In this document: positions 26,665-40,386 of the stretch, one piece after another
Numbering within the stretch: the stretch's first letter is position 1
Layout: every line of letters starts with the position of its first letter
NCBI GenBank assembly: GCA_951406725.2
Contig: OX597831.1
Coordinates: forward strand, 9,672,001 to 9,736,000
DNA: 64,000 nt
Direction of reading: 5' to 3'
Source: Octopus vulgaris
Taxonomy: Eukaryota
The notes under the pieces: generated by a model
What the model was told of the DNA's origin: nothing
Database searches by the model: none
Seen by the model: the letters and a program-made list of their open reading frames with translations, nothing else
Position numbers and translations under genes: made by a program

Positions 26665-29459
26665 GACACTCATACACACACGCACATAGATATGCGTTCA
26701 TGCTTATATACAAACACTCACACGCATGCTTTCATACATTCATACATACGTATATACTGATACGCATACTTATATACATGCGTCAAGAAACCGGGATTCA
26801 TTTAACAATAACTCACAATATACATTTGAAGCTTTATCAGGAATACAGAAAACTTGTTGAAGAAGACAAAACCGGTTTTATTCTGACCTCTTCATGAATG
26901 CACAGAAAGCATTTGAGAAGGAGTCAATAAGTCGATGAAAAAAATTTTACTTTAGTTTACTCTTCATACTTAAATTTGTTAACTTATTCCATTCTGCAGC
27001 TATTCTTGAGCACAACCATGAAGTATTTTATTCATACAAATCGCCCCAATACTTATTTTTCAAAGGCTGGTAATATTCTATCGGACATTCTTGCTAAACT
27101 GTTAAGTTACTTAGATATAAACACACCAACACACTTGCCCAAGGTGCCAAGCTGTGGGACAGGACTCGGAACTCTATGGTTTGAGAAATTTCTCAGCCAC
27201 GTCTACCATATTTTTGCTACATGATTCTCTTCGCTTTTCACCTACCCTACGTTAAACTGAATACATACCAGTTGTATACTGGTGTCTATACATCTATTGC
27301 TTTCCCCTTCAGCTCTGCGTAAGCTGTTTTGTGTAATGTGTAGAAATTATTTTACAGTGTCTTCCGTTTGATTGGAACCGCCAAGATGGTTCTCGCTGCG
27401 TACTTGAAACCAGAAACCCATAGTATACGGCTTTGGAACTACACTTTGGAACTGACTTCAATAATGGATCTTGAAGCCATAAAGTAGCTGTTACTTAACC
27501 GAGAATTTTAACTAAAAGCAATCTACAAACTGATGGTTCGTTTGAAATATAATCCATTAAAAGTAAAGCAGTAATTGTAATAAAGTGAAACGTTTCCTTT
27601 GGGGACATTTTTGGAATTACTGCTGGATTGCTGTAAATATCTGGCTTTTTATCGTCCTTTTCCAAACACAATTTAATTTATCATCCAGTAGATTAGCCAA
27701 ACATTGGATTAGGTTACCACATCGATAGTGTCTTCATACACACTGCTAAACCGTCAAGACAGGGATTGTTCAGGCAGTAAATGTAAATGCACTCAAACAA
27801 TCTTTAACTAAGCAGATTAAAACTAACGACATTGTCAGTGACTGTCGCCTGAGCGAGAGTAATGTTATACGACGTGGTAATGAGTTGGGGAGCTTTTCCT
27901 CAGATTTGCTATTGATTGATTACATTCTGTGCGAAACTTCATTATAAAACAGTTCCACTTTACAGTTGTACAAGTGTAAAACAAAAATGTTTGCACAAAG
28001 CTATTTAGTTAGCCATTGAAAAATCACTAATTGAAGATGACATTCCAGTCTGTATATGGTGTTATTTGGCATCTGAAATCAACTAAAACCATCTAAAGTT
28101 TTCAGTTCTCAATAATGGATGTCTTGTTAATTGTAAAAGCTAACAATTAACACTTAAAGTTTCTTTTTCTTTATTGGCAAAATGTCAGTTTTGTATTGTT
28201 TTATTTTATTGTTTTCCTGTTTTCTTTAAATACAAAATTGTCATTGTCTTTTGGAAATATTGAAGTGTATTTAGTTAAGTTAGTAGACAGTTGAGTGGGG
28301 TTTTTTTTTAAATGCAAAACCACGTGCTAGTTGTTTAAGGTGTTCACGCGGTTATGTTTAGTAAATATTTCATAATACTTAAATATATCTCTTGAGATTT
28401 TCTGTAGAACTCTGAGTTAGTACTGCATGATCCGACGTTTCGCTTAGGAATTTGATAAAAATGAAAACATCGGAGTACAAACGAAAGGCAACGAACACTA
28501 ACGGCTTGTAAACCTTTACTATATATGGTCATATATTGCTATTGCTGCCTATTCATATTTCATAACATACAATTAAATAAATGTACATATTCTAATCGTC
28601 ATATTCTGTAAATACGTTTTGCTTACCAGTTGCGTTTCTGGAATTACTTCTGCAAGACTTCATTAATATTAGAGAGTAATCGAACCCCTGATAGCTTCGC
28701 ATTGGATGCTCATTAATAGCATACGCTTTTTGATAACCAGAATTCAGACGATTACAGGGGAGATAACTTTACGAGAACATTAGATTTGTTACGAGAATAG
28801 AAGGATAAAAACATCATTGAGCCATGCGTACATAATCAATGACGTCATTCGGAAAATTTCTTGGCGGTAGAATAAATTCTGTGTCAACTATACTAGAAAG
28901 AAAAAAAAAACATCTCCCACGACAGGTAAAGTTAATATAATTTACGCTGTAGTTTATCCCCAAAATAAACATATTCACTCTTCAGTATTTTTAATGTTCC
29001 ACGGCTTCACATTTTTCAGCATATTTGCTTCGGATAGGAGTGAGATGCGTAGAGAGTTCATATATTAGTGAGGGGTGGAGAGAATACCACTGATTATGGC
29101 AAGGTAGACTATTCTCATATTCGAATCAGATATGTGATCAGCCACAATACTTTGCAATACGTTTCTAAAAATAGATATAATTCTAAATAATCTAGTTTTG
29201 CAATGATATAGCAGATCAGTATCGCTGTTTACATATTTCTCTCCATAGATCAGGCTTAGGAAAAATACTATTAAATTGCAACTTTTTTTTAGATAGAGTC
29301 ATTTAATAGATTTTATCATCGATCTCGACTGGAGTGCATTGATTTATATTACTTCGGGAATACATCGTTTAGATAAGAGAGCACGAATTAAAATGATTAA
29401 AGTTTAAGGAATATAGATAAGTATGTCTGTTTCAGTGTGTCTATTGTCACTTGGCAGTT

Positions 29460-29521
<62 letters not shown>

Positions 29522-29601
29522 ACAAGCATATACATATGGAAATGCAAGCAGAAACGCACTCACGCACACACACACGTCTGAGAGTGTATACATAAACGCA
29601 A

Positions 29602-29654
<53 letters not shown>

Positions 29655-29682
29655 AATATATATAATATATATATATATTATA

Positions 29683-29729
<47 letters not shown>

Positions 29730-29779
29730 TACCTAAGAATGTATACGTGTATTTATGTGTATGAGTGTTTGTGTGTATA

Positions 29780-29816
<37 letters not shown>

Positions 29817-30473
29817 GTGCATGCGTTTGGCTGTATTAGAGGAACCGATTAATGCAAGGACGCAGCTAAAAGTAAACTCGAACCTTGTTAATTTGCATGG
29901 TATGTAAATCAAGGGAAAGCGAGGTGGTACTGTCAATGTTAAGATCGACCGCTACCCTTTATTAATAGCGATGTAGGGCCATATCTATTTTGTTCGTCGT
30001 GAGTGCAGGATACCTACAAGAAATTGGAAATTCTGCGAAACATTGAATTTGCCTAATAACATTATTGTTATTTATGATAAAGACAATTCTTTCCTGTCTG
30101 TAATCATTAAATTTTGTTGCATCTTTCCTGCGATAGAGCCTCGCCACACCCTGCTGTTTGAATGATACTATGTACTGGGTGAACTGCAGGTTAATTGGAG
30201 ACAAACATCTGGTGGGTGAAGGTAAGCAACTCTATTTCAATAAGGTTTATGTATATGGCTTTTTAACTTGCCTACTATACGAATTCATTGCGCCCTCTCT
30301 CCTTTTGGTTCCTGTTCAAATTTCTATTGGCGTAAATGTGCGTTGAGAAGAGGGATGTCGAAAACACAACAATCCACTTTGTCCATATCATCTGAGGGTG
30401 TTATATTTCCCCAAAGAATATTCACATATGCACAAAAACACAGACACATGTGTGTATGGTCCTTCATGTTTGA

Positions 30474-30516
30474 TGCTCTGATGAAGCTATAAGAGTGATA
30501 CAGAAGCGTTTCAGCG
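30474..30516 (+). ncRNA. Possible degenerate hammerhead
   Basis: UGCU-CUGAUGA-A-GCUAU...AUAC-A-GAAGC-GUU-UC-AGCG; helix II weak and A15.1 changed to G. Confidence 0.35.
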
Positions 30517-30669
30517 ACATTGCATGTAATAACGGAATCATCGTGAAGCTGATTAGCTCTTTTTTAAAGAATTGTTTTGTCAAATTAATTCCTTATTACT
30601 GCTCTGCCCTCGATAAACATTCCGTTCTGAAGCACGTGTGAATTGATTTACAATTAATAATATATGGCA

Positions 30670-31309
30670 CAGAACTTCCAACCTGTTGTCTCTTGAGGTC
30701 TCTGGGTGAGACTTGGAGCCAACTTGTACAGACATAAAGCAAAAGTCAAACATAGAATAATAATAATAATAATAATAATAACAACAACAATAATAATACG
30801 TAACTGATTGGAAGTGTTATCATGTACATTGCTTTGTCTTGGTATAAAAGATGGGCTACAGCAAATATTCTGCTCAATACCACAGATTTGCTTGTCAGTT
30901 GTTTGACCTTAACCAGTTGAGCATGTCCATTAGTGGCTGACGGTATGTGCATATCTGCATACGAGTAGAAGTAGTGGGGGAGCATCATAGCCATGTGTTG
31001 AGAAGGATTCTTTGGGGTTTGAATAATTCACCTCTGGAAACATGGGTGTTTCATTCAACATCCTTAAACAACCCTTAATCAGGGACATTTTGAGTGGGAT
31101 GGGTTACCAAACCAGAAGAAACTTCTAACTGGGTCCCACCCGCAAGGTCATGCGCTGTTTATCTTGTTATGAAAACACCATGTCCGCACATATGGTTGTG
31201 ATGCATGTGCCTAGTGTACCCTTATCAGACAGGTAATCATAATGGGTATACTGGGCTTTGTATATTTTAGCCTAGTGTCACTTTGATGGCATGCACGGTT
31301 CTCTCACTC

Positions 31310-31310
<1 letters not shown>
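30670..31310 (+). mobile_element. Non-coding repeat ending in (AAT)n, probably the 3' UTR of a TAA-targeting non-LTR retrotransposon
   Basis: GC-richer segments, each terminating in an AAT tract; no ORF; assignment inferred. Confidence 0.4.
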
Positions 31311-31381
<71 letters not shown>

Positions 31382-31736
31382 CAGGAAAAAAGAAGAAGAG
31401 GAAGAAGAGGAAGAAGAAGAAGAAGGAGAAGAAAAAGAAGTATAGTAAATAAATGCTTAAATTCGACCTTTAACTCTCTTCTTACGTCTCATTTCCACTA
31501 AATATATCCATTTCCACGCATTTAAGCTCCATTTCCATTCATCTATCGCACTATATTTCTCCACTCTTAATTTTCTGCTAATTTCTTTTTTTCTCCTCCT
31601 CTTTTTACGTTAAATTGCCTTTTACGTTAAATCTATTAACGGCTTTTTAAAAAAAATATCTTGCCAGCGTTCCTTTTATGACACACGCAGTAATCACATA
31701 CGGTTAAAATGGCTTATTGATGTTTTTTGTTTCTCT

Positions 31737-31828
31737 TTTTTCCCTGATGAGAAGATCGCATTGTTTAACATCATTTTATACCCTCTGGAATAATACCCAT
31801 GTTTTTTTCGAAACATATGACGGAAGAA
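31737..31828 (+). ncRNA. Minimal hammerhead with mutated cleavage triplet
   Basis: UUUUUCC-CUGAUGA-GAAGA...UUUUC-GAAAC-AUAU-GAC-GGAAGAA; palindromic CAUAUG; GAC instead of GUC; pyrimidine-rich leader and TA-bounded tail. Confidence 0.65.
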
Positions 31829-31887
31829 CAAAGATTTGAAAAAGAACTGCGTTTAATTCCATTTCTTTATTCTTTATTCATATATAG

Positions 31888-31961
<74 letters not shown>

Positions 31962-32162
31962 CCTTATCACTATTATTATAAAGGTGGCTTATTCACAGTT
32001 TAAAACCAAAAGCAACAAGTATAGACGTCACTAAGTTAAATAAGAGTACTAGTCATATGACTAGCACCCTTGGTCACCTTAGAGATATCTATGCTAATAT
32101 ATATATATTGATCGTATGTTAAAAAGTTTCCTGTATTTATTATTTATTGGAAAATCTAAATC

Positions 32163-32375
32163 AGTGAGCTGTCAGAATGGTTATCACGCCGGGCTAAACG
32201 GTTAGCGGTATTTCGATCGTCGCTACGTTCTGAGTTCAAATGCCGCCAAGTGTGACTTTGTTTCTCATCCTTTCGTTGTCGAGAAATTAGGTAGCAGTGA
32301 AATTCTGGAGTTGATGTAATCGACTAGTCCCCTTCCACAAAATTTCAGGCCTTGTGCCTATAGTATAAAGGATTA
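32163..32375 (+). mobile_element. SINE family B with TSD
   Basis: Flanking direct repeat TTATTTATTGGAAAAT. Confidence 0.8.
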
Positions 32376-33238
32376 TTTATTGGAAAATGTTTATCTAAAA
32401 GAGACAGTAATTTCTTGCCTGCATTAATTTTAACATAAAGGGAGAAAAGAGGAGTAAACCAAAGTCCCTTGGTGTAAACATACACACACATAACTGTTGC
32501 TGACCTCACATATGCTTGGTATGAAAATCGACCTAAGGTGGGATAGAACTTTTATTGCATATATTAACGCGGAATTGACAAAAAGAATCACAATATTTCT
32601 TTCGACCTCCTATGCTTTTAGTACAAATCAGATTTCTTCTTCAGCCCTTCATCTTCACGGGAGTCAATAAACATGGTGTGTTAACTATCAGAAATTTAAG
32701 ATTACCGGAGTAGATAAAAGCGTTATTTACTTCAACTCATTAAATTCTAAGCTCAAATATTGCTAGTTCTACCCTAGATTAAATCCGCCTCACTTTTCCG
32801 TTTATTACCACCATCTTTTTGATATTTTATCTGGATTCCTCTTACTGCAATCACTTGGATCAAGCTTCTAGTTTGCGAATATATCTGTTCCCCGTTCAAC
32901 AGCCACGGAAGCACCGTGAAGCATGGCAGGTTTTGCCGTTCATTATGGCTGGAAGAATACAATAAAACTCATAAAGTTAGAATGAGTTAAAGGGATAACA
33001 TTTATTGAGACGTTTCAAGTGATTTTATCGATAGATATTTAAAAAGGAGCGCAGCATCATCTTAGTTTGTCTACGTGAAGGAAAATAGTCTCGAAAGAAT
33101 AAAGGATACGCTAATACAGACACATACACGCACAAACACACAAATACATATACATTCACAAGAATATATATGTATATGGTATTTTTAAGGCAGCACATAA
33201 ATGTTTATGTATGTGTAGATCTATATGTAAGTATATAT

Positions 33239-33623
33239 GGAAGCACTCCGTCGGTTACGACGATGAGGGTTCCGGTTGATCCGAATCAACGGAACAGGCT
33301 GCTCGTGAAATTAACGTGTAAGTGGCTGAGCACTCCACAGACACGTGTACCCTTAACGTAGTTCTCGGGGATATTCAGCGTGACACAGAGAGCGACAAGG
33401 CCGGTCCCTTGAAATACAGGTACAACAGAAACAGGAAGTAAGAGTGAGAGAATGTTGTGGTGAAAGAGTACAGCAGGGATCACCACCATCCTCTGCCGGA
33501 GACTCGTGGAGCTTTTAGGTGTTTTCGCTCAATAAACACTCACAACGCCCGGTCTGGGAATCGAAACCGCGATCCTATGACCGCGAGTTCGCTGCCCTAA
33601 CCACTGGGCCATTGCGCCTCCAC
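33239..33623 (-). mobile_element. tRNA-derived SINE family C, full length
   Basis: Minus-strand head GGAGGCGCAATGGCCCAGTGGTTAGGG...GGTTTCGATTCCC (A and B boxes); TSD GTAAGTATA; other copies at 39605-39870 and 60380-60612. Confidence 0.85.
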
Positions 33624-34324
33624 GTAAGTATACATATATGTGTGCGTGTATGTGTGTGTGTGTTTATATATATGTATATATAGATAGATGTATGTATGTC
33701 TGTGTGGGCATGTGTGTGTAATGTATTTGTATTTATTTCGTAGACATATATTTATGATATTCGACGAAGTGATTCATTTTAGTTATTTGTAAAGTCAGCT
33801 TCTATTTCGTTTCGTCTTTAAATGTTTAATTGAAATGTCAGATAATAGAATACAATCTCTGCATCAAGTTGAACTTTCAATTATCTCTGATTTTACACAA
33901 AAACATTAAAAAAATTTAAATAAACTCGAACAATACATAAGAGTATAGACATCTAAGTTCGTTTTTTTTCCCTGAAATGTGTGAAAGAAACTTTTCGAAG
34001 GTTCTCCAATACCTAACAATATTGATGCTTTATCTAACACGATATGATTTTAAGAATTGGAAATTATAGTTATTCGTTTACACGTACGTAATAATAATCA
34101 TGTAAAAACATACAAAACTGAGAAATAATGGCAGTTGTGTGATTCGTATGAATGTACAGACAAAAGGAAACAATCACTTTATTTGAAATTTATTTAAACC
34201 TACATTTTCCTCTATTTCAGAATTAAGTTTAACCTTCTTAAAATATAATATACACTTATGTATTGACTGTGCAAAAAATACCTACAATGTAGCTAATATT
34301 TGGAAACACATGTATATGCTGTAG

Positions 34325-34953
34325 GGTGGTGAGCTGGCAGAATCGTTAGAATGCCAGATAAAATACTTAGCCGAGTTTTGTCCGTCTTTACTTTCTGAGT
34401 TAAAATTCGACCGAGGTTAACGTTCCCTTCAATCCATTCGGGTCGATAAAATAAATACGGGTTGGGCATGTTGATCTAACCGACTTAACTCTCACCCGAA
34501 ATTGCTAGCCTTGTTCCAAAAAATTCCAAACCAATACAAGAGACAAAAGGGCGGCGAACTGGTAGAATGGTTAGCACACCGGGTGAAATGCTTAGCGGTA
34601 TTTCGTCTGCCGTTACGTTCTGAGTTCAAATTCCCCCGAGGTCGACTTTGCCTTTCTTCCTTTCGGGGTCGATTAAATAAGTTCCAGTTACGCATTGGGG
34701 TCAATAAAATCGGCTTAATACGTTTGCCTGTCCTTGTTTGTCCCCTCTGTGTTTAGCCCCTTGTGGATAGTAAAGAAATAGGCATTTTGTCTGCCGCTAC
34801 ATTGTGAGTTCAAATTCCGCCGAGGTCGATTTTGCGTTTCGGGGTCGATTAAATAAGTACCAGTTACGCACTGGTGTTGATGTAATCGACTTAAAGCCTT
34901 TGTTTTTCCCTGTTTGTCTCTTCTATGTTTAGCCCTTGTGGGCAATAAAGAAA
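34325..34953 (+). mobile_element. Cluster of SINE family B copies including a head-to-tail dimer (34549-34953)
   Basis: Body repeated after the tail AAAGAAATAG. Confidence 0.85.
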
Positions 34954-36764
34954 TAACTATAAGAGACATCCAGAAGAGAGGATGTTGCATCCGAACTTAC
35001 ACTGAAAATATTAGCGGGCTGTTCTGTGTGCACTCGGCTCAAATACGAACAATTGGGGAGAAACAGAAACATAGGACGGCAAACTCGACTGAGTGAGAAT
35101 GCTGTTTCCCACGTTTTCCAATACATTTAAATTCTATCGTCTTCTATGAACATTTGTTACTTATTCTAGAAAATGACTGTTTTGGATGAACATTTAACTT
35201 GTTCTCTTAATATATTTCATGGAATTTTGACACCTAACCTCGTTTTTATGAGTTGCATATATTGTATCTTTGGCCCACTAGTGGCCAATTAGGAAAGATC
35301 TTTATTGTCTAACGCAAAATGAAGGTGTGTTTCTCTGCATTTGAGTATCGGCTTTATCTCAAGTATAACCAAGCGAAAACTTGCTTCCTAGAACTTGCCA
35401 ATTATGACTTTAATTATAACTAGACAGTCTGACCTCACTAACCGGTGTAAGAGAAACAAAGGTGCGGTTTTACAGTTTGTAATTTATTTGCTAGGATTTT
35501 TACGGTATTTCATGTCTAGCAGAAATGTCCAGCAGCCAAACTAAAATATTACTGATGCAAGTCAAGAATGAAAGAAATACACCAGGTGCTCACACAGAAG
35601 GAAGAAAATTCGGAAGATTCAAATGTACTTCAAATAGTAACAAACATTGAATTCGTAAGGATTTTAAAAGATAATTTTAACAGGAGCGACGGGAACATAT
35701 AGACTGCGACAAATAGGTTGGACAAGGAATATATTTGTAATCTTTAAGAAGCTAGTGTTCTGACTAGTGTTTCATCAACAGAAATTCTAAACTTTACAAA
35801 GTTCTCATAAATAATGCAATAGGTGGGAGATGTCTGTAAGACGAGACGACATCAGTTTGACCAAAGATTTAATCGAAGAGAAGACAAAAGGTAAAGCAAC
35901 ATATTTCTACAATAGAACGGATGGCGACAGTTTCCAGTTCTCACCGAAACAATTAAAAGCTGTACAACATATTTCGGGAAAATATCTCCCAATTGATGGG
36001 AATAAGGTTTTGGGTACAGACCAGTGTATTCTCAAGACTGAAGACTCCTTTAAAATACGGTCTTCAATAGTTCTAAATTCCGCCGAGGTAGATATTGTCT
36101 TTGATGCTTTTGCGGTCGATAAAACACACATTAATCAAGCACCGGGATGGATGTTATCGACTAAACCCCCTCCCCTAAAATGCCAGGCCTTGTGTCTACA
36201 ATGGAAAGAATTGTTATTATCCTTTTTTGTTTTTCTTGCTTCAATCTACGTTTTCTAGAATAATTTTCTGTCTTATTTACAGAAGCTCTTCTCCATTTAA
36301 TTTCAAAATTCTACCATTTTTTCCGTTTGATTACTTCGTTAATGAGAAATTCCCGATGAATTTCTGGACATTTTTTTCAGTGATGCTTTTTTTTTCCCTT
36401 TCTTTTTTAGAATAACAACATATTGCAAAGAAGACATAAACCAAATTTGATGAAAGATGTGCTATTTATAATCTGATTTTACTCATCGCTAACATTATCC
36501 GTCGTCAACAACATCAGTATAAACATGACGTTCATTTTCTTTCTCTTCCTTCATATCATCATCATCATCATCATCATCACCACAATCACCATCGTTGTTG
36601 TCGTCTTTGTCGCCAACATAATTTTATCAACTTCAGTATCATCATCTCCATTCATCACAACATTAAGGCAAGATATCGATAACACGTAATGTTATATATT
36701 CCTCAGCAAATCTGGATTCATGTTGGTACCTTCTTTCAAGAAATATTTCAGTCTGACTTTTTTA

Positions 36765-36985
36765 ATGTCAGCCAACAGGAGGCCAAGGGGGAAGAACAGC
36801 CGTGAGACAGCTAAATAATATCCACTGTGTCTGTTGGTTCCTCTTGGGCATCCACAGAGAAAGTATAAGGGCAGTTAGGTTTGATAGGAATCTAGAAAGG
36901 AGTTGCCTGTTGACCCTACATCCACGACTATTGCAAGAAAAAGTGGGCGGCAAATATGGATGCATGGATGGACGGATGGAATCTT
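36765..36985 (+). mobile_element. RTE-clade LINE 3' end (ORF2 C-terminus)
   Basis: RRPRG...NIH.VCW.LLGI..ESIRAVRFDRNL.RSCLLTLHPR followed by an (ATGG)n tail. Confidence 0.65.
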
Positions 36986-37501
36986 GAGTACGGTCTGGCG
37001 AATTTTTTTCTCGGGTTTTAACAGCTTGGGCTTAAGAAAACAGTCGCACAGTATATGTTTCTAGTTTATTCCGCAACAATTTACCCCTACACTTCAATTC
37101 TACGCATACATTGTGCTTTAACCGAAAAACTCCAGGGCGCCTCTACGCAGGTCAATGAATGAGCTCGATGCCAATTATATTTTGAGTTTTTTTAGTAATA
37201 AGATTAACGAATGTAAACAAAATGTATTTGTGGTATAATACTTCATGGTTTCCCGCTCCCAAACGTCTGATGTTTATCGCATGCGACTTGTGTAACACAA
37301 TTCTGATGTTATCTTATATTTGGTAGGATATGCTACACAAAATCTGAAATATATAATGCATATATTTTTATATCCTCATATATTCTATTATGATTTGATT
37401 TATGGTTGATGTGCTGCAGAGAAAATAACTGCATTGGTCGTATTTAAAGTATGAATGTATAATCTGTATTGTCTTATCAGTACCGGTTTTTCAGGACAAT
37501 A

Positions 37502-37797
37502 ATGAATGATGATGGCGATGGTGATGGCGATGATCATGATGGCGATGATAATGATGATGTTGAAGGGGGCGAGTATAGTAATGGTGATGACGTTGAAGAG
37601 AGCGATTATAGTAATGGTGATGACGATGGTGATGGTGATGTTGAAGAGGGCGATTATAGTAATGGTGATGACTATGATGATGATGATGTTGAAGAGGGCG
37701 ATTATAGTAATGGTGATGACTATGATGATGATGATGTTGAAGAGGGCGATTATAGTAATGGTGATAACGATGGTGATGGTGATGACGATGATGATAT
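37502..37797. repeat. GAT-derived minisatellite, about 5 units of GATGTTGAAGAGGGCGATTATAGTAATGGTGATGAC
   Basis: Directly visible. Confidence 0.9.
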
Positions 37798-38541
37798 GCT
37801 TCTCGAGCTAGCATTAATTTGGATGTAAAGCTTTACACTGTTTGATTGTCGTCGTGAATAAAACTGGTGATTCAGAAAAATCTCTTATGTATTCTTTATC
37901 CCCAATATTCTCCTCATCAGCCACAAAGAAATCAACCGAATGTTCATCATCATCATCATCATCACCACCATCAACACCGCCACCACCACCAACACCATCA
38001 TCATCATTGTCTGCATCGTCCAACTACGTTATTGCCCAGCTCTTCAGGGTCGTAATCGTCTCCTCGTGTCGACAACATTAAACAAAGTCAGCGACATTAA
38101 CATCGCTGCGTCTCTTCGAAAACTCAGACGGTGATAATTCATTATTTATTTATTTATGTTATGTTTATTTATCGATATGCGTGAATAACTTCAGTTCTTT
38201 TGGCCACTCGTATTATAGAGTATGGATAAATATCCAGACAAATCACCCAATCACTTCTTACCTATCTCTCTATCAACTCCAATCACTCTTTCTTTCACAT
38301 TATAATATATATATATAAATATATAAACATATATATATATATACACATATATACATACATATACATACACATATATACATATATACTTACATATATATAT
38401 ATATACATATATACATACATATATAGACGCGTACGTATATTTATAAAAACATATATATATATATATATATATACACACATTTGGATCTATTTATGTGTGT
38501 TTATATATGTATATATATATATATATACATGTATGCGTGTG

Positions 38542-38581
<40 letters not shown>

Positions 38582-38618
38582 TATATAACTATGTATATAC
38601 CTGCCTACATACCTACAA

Positions 38619-38701
<83 letters not shown>

Positions 38702-39604
38702 TTCTTGTTGCTGTCTTTATCTCCCATTCCTCCTCTTTCACATATTTTTTTTCACCGGGTCGTTACCGCTAATATCATCATTATATCTCGTCTATATTAT
38801 GTTTTCGACAGCGCTAGACGGATGTTCCAATCTTAAAGCAGCGTATTAATTTCAAAGAAATATCAAAACCGTCCAATAAAACTGATTAAAGCAATATAGT
38901 GAAGATCAAAGACTTCTGTTTTTTTTCTTTATTGTCCTCATAGATAACCCTACTCTCTCATCTAATTCTTTTCGTCGCTGTATTGTAACCTGTACACTCA
39001 GACTTCACAAAGAAACAAGGCATCGATTATGTAAATGTGAACGAAGTGTAGCGTTAAATTTTCTTTTTCTTTTCTATTTATTTTATGTGTATAGTAACCT
39101 CTCACAGCTTTCATAAGTCTCATTATGAAAGTATTGTCACCATTCAATTGAAATCCGTGAGTAAGAAAAGAGAGATGTGATGAAGAGGAGAGCGGTTCAT
39201 TTTCAGTTTGGTTGAGAACATCTTGCACGGGAACGTTCACTGTGGTGAAAGGCTGTGTTCTGTTGAGTACAATACACTGAATCTAATCTCTATATGACCA
39301 GAGAAGCTACAGAGAGGAGGGCTGTATGAAGAGAAAGGAAAGAAAGCGCCTCACTTTTTTTCTGACTTTGGTATCATGTGCAGATGCTAGGCTGAAATTG
39401 GTTTAATAAGACTCCCTCAAGACCCACAACGTATAAAGATGGCAGCTTGGTCATCCTCAGAGATATGAAGTTTCATGTTCTGATAAAAGAAATACTTATT
39501 CTTTCTAGCTGTCTGCAAGTAAACGGGTCTTCGTCGGTGTCTAGGATGAGACTTAAGTTGTTAGAACACTATTGCCAGCTATTCAGTGAGTTCATATGTG
39601 AAGA

Positions 39605-39870
39605 GGAGGCACGTGGTTTAGTGGTTGGAGCAGTCTGTTCGCGATCGTAAGGTCATCGTTTCGTTATTGTAAACCATTGAGTTTTACCTGTAATTCAAAG
39701 TGTCAACGTTATTCCATCATGTGTCACACTGAATCTCACTGAGAACTATGTGAAGGGTACACGTGTCTGTGGAGTACTCAGCCACTTGCATGTTAAGTTC
39801 ATGGGTTGGCTGGTTTCGTTTGATAGTCGGATGAACTGGAACACATGACGTCGAAAGCGACGAAGAGCCA
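39605..39870 (+). mobile_element. SINE family C, diverged
   Basis: GGAGGCACGTGGTTTAGTGGTT head; GGGTACACGTGTCTGTGGAGTACTCAGCCACTT body. Confidence 0.7.
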
Positions 39871-40037
39871 GTAGCGTATAAATGGTTGAATATCCCACAG
39901 ACACGTGGTACTCATCACTCAATTCTTGGCTAGAATCAACAAGACGCTGTGTGTGTTTCCGTGCATGTGCGCATGTCTGTCAGGTGGGACAAGATTGAAA
40001 ACTTTGAATTACAAATGGCAACTTATCGATGGCATTA

Positions 40038-40386
40038 TCTCTATATATATAAACGGCAAAATGTCTGTCTGTGTGTATGTATCCTTTATACAAATCCACA
40101 ATTTTTCAGTTAGTGGGCTCGACACTTTCTATGGTCATTTAAAACCGTCCAAGGGTGGTTGTGCACATCTTTATATTTCCCCAGTCGCCCCGCAAAGCCA
40201 TTAAAGAAATCAATAGATGTGACATTTTTGTGAATGTTCTATCCAAAACCCATTCAAAATGCCCAACACTTGATACGCCAATTGAATGCCAGCTAGCTTT
40301 ACGTGATTGGTCGGAGATTTGGACAGTACTCGCGTGTATGTGCGCGCGCACGCAGCTGTATACGCGTTGCCGGGTCATAATGCTAG
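40038..40386 (+). mobile_element. Non-autonomous Helitron-like element
   Basis: 5' TC (TCTCTATATATATAA), 3' GC-rich subterminal segment ...GCCGGGTCATAATGCTAG, inserted between A and T without a TSD. Confidence 0.65.

Noticed and set aside
26865-26900. Minus-strand AUGAAGA-GGUCA...AAACCGGUU
   Set aside because: The helix II 3' strand and G12 are missing; too incomplete to call.
28428-28478. Minus-strand CGAAACGUC-GGA with upstream UCC-GAUG
   Set aside because: No CUGANGA core or helix II.
33540-33623. tRNA-like sequence
   Set aside because: It is the head of SINE family C, continuous with a SINE body and flanked by a TSD.
35830-36258. 142-aa ORF
   Set aside because: Its 3' half is a decayed SINE family B copy and no domain is recognisable.
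38998-39290. Possible minus-strand exon (IQCIVLNRTQPFTTVNVPVQ...)
   Set aside because: Poor acceptor context and no recognisable protein similarity.
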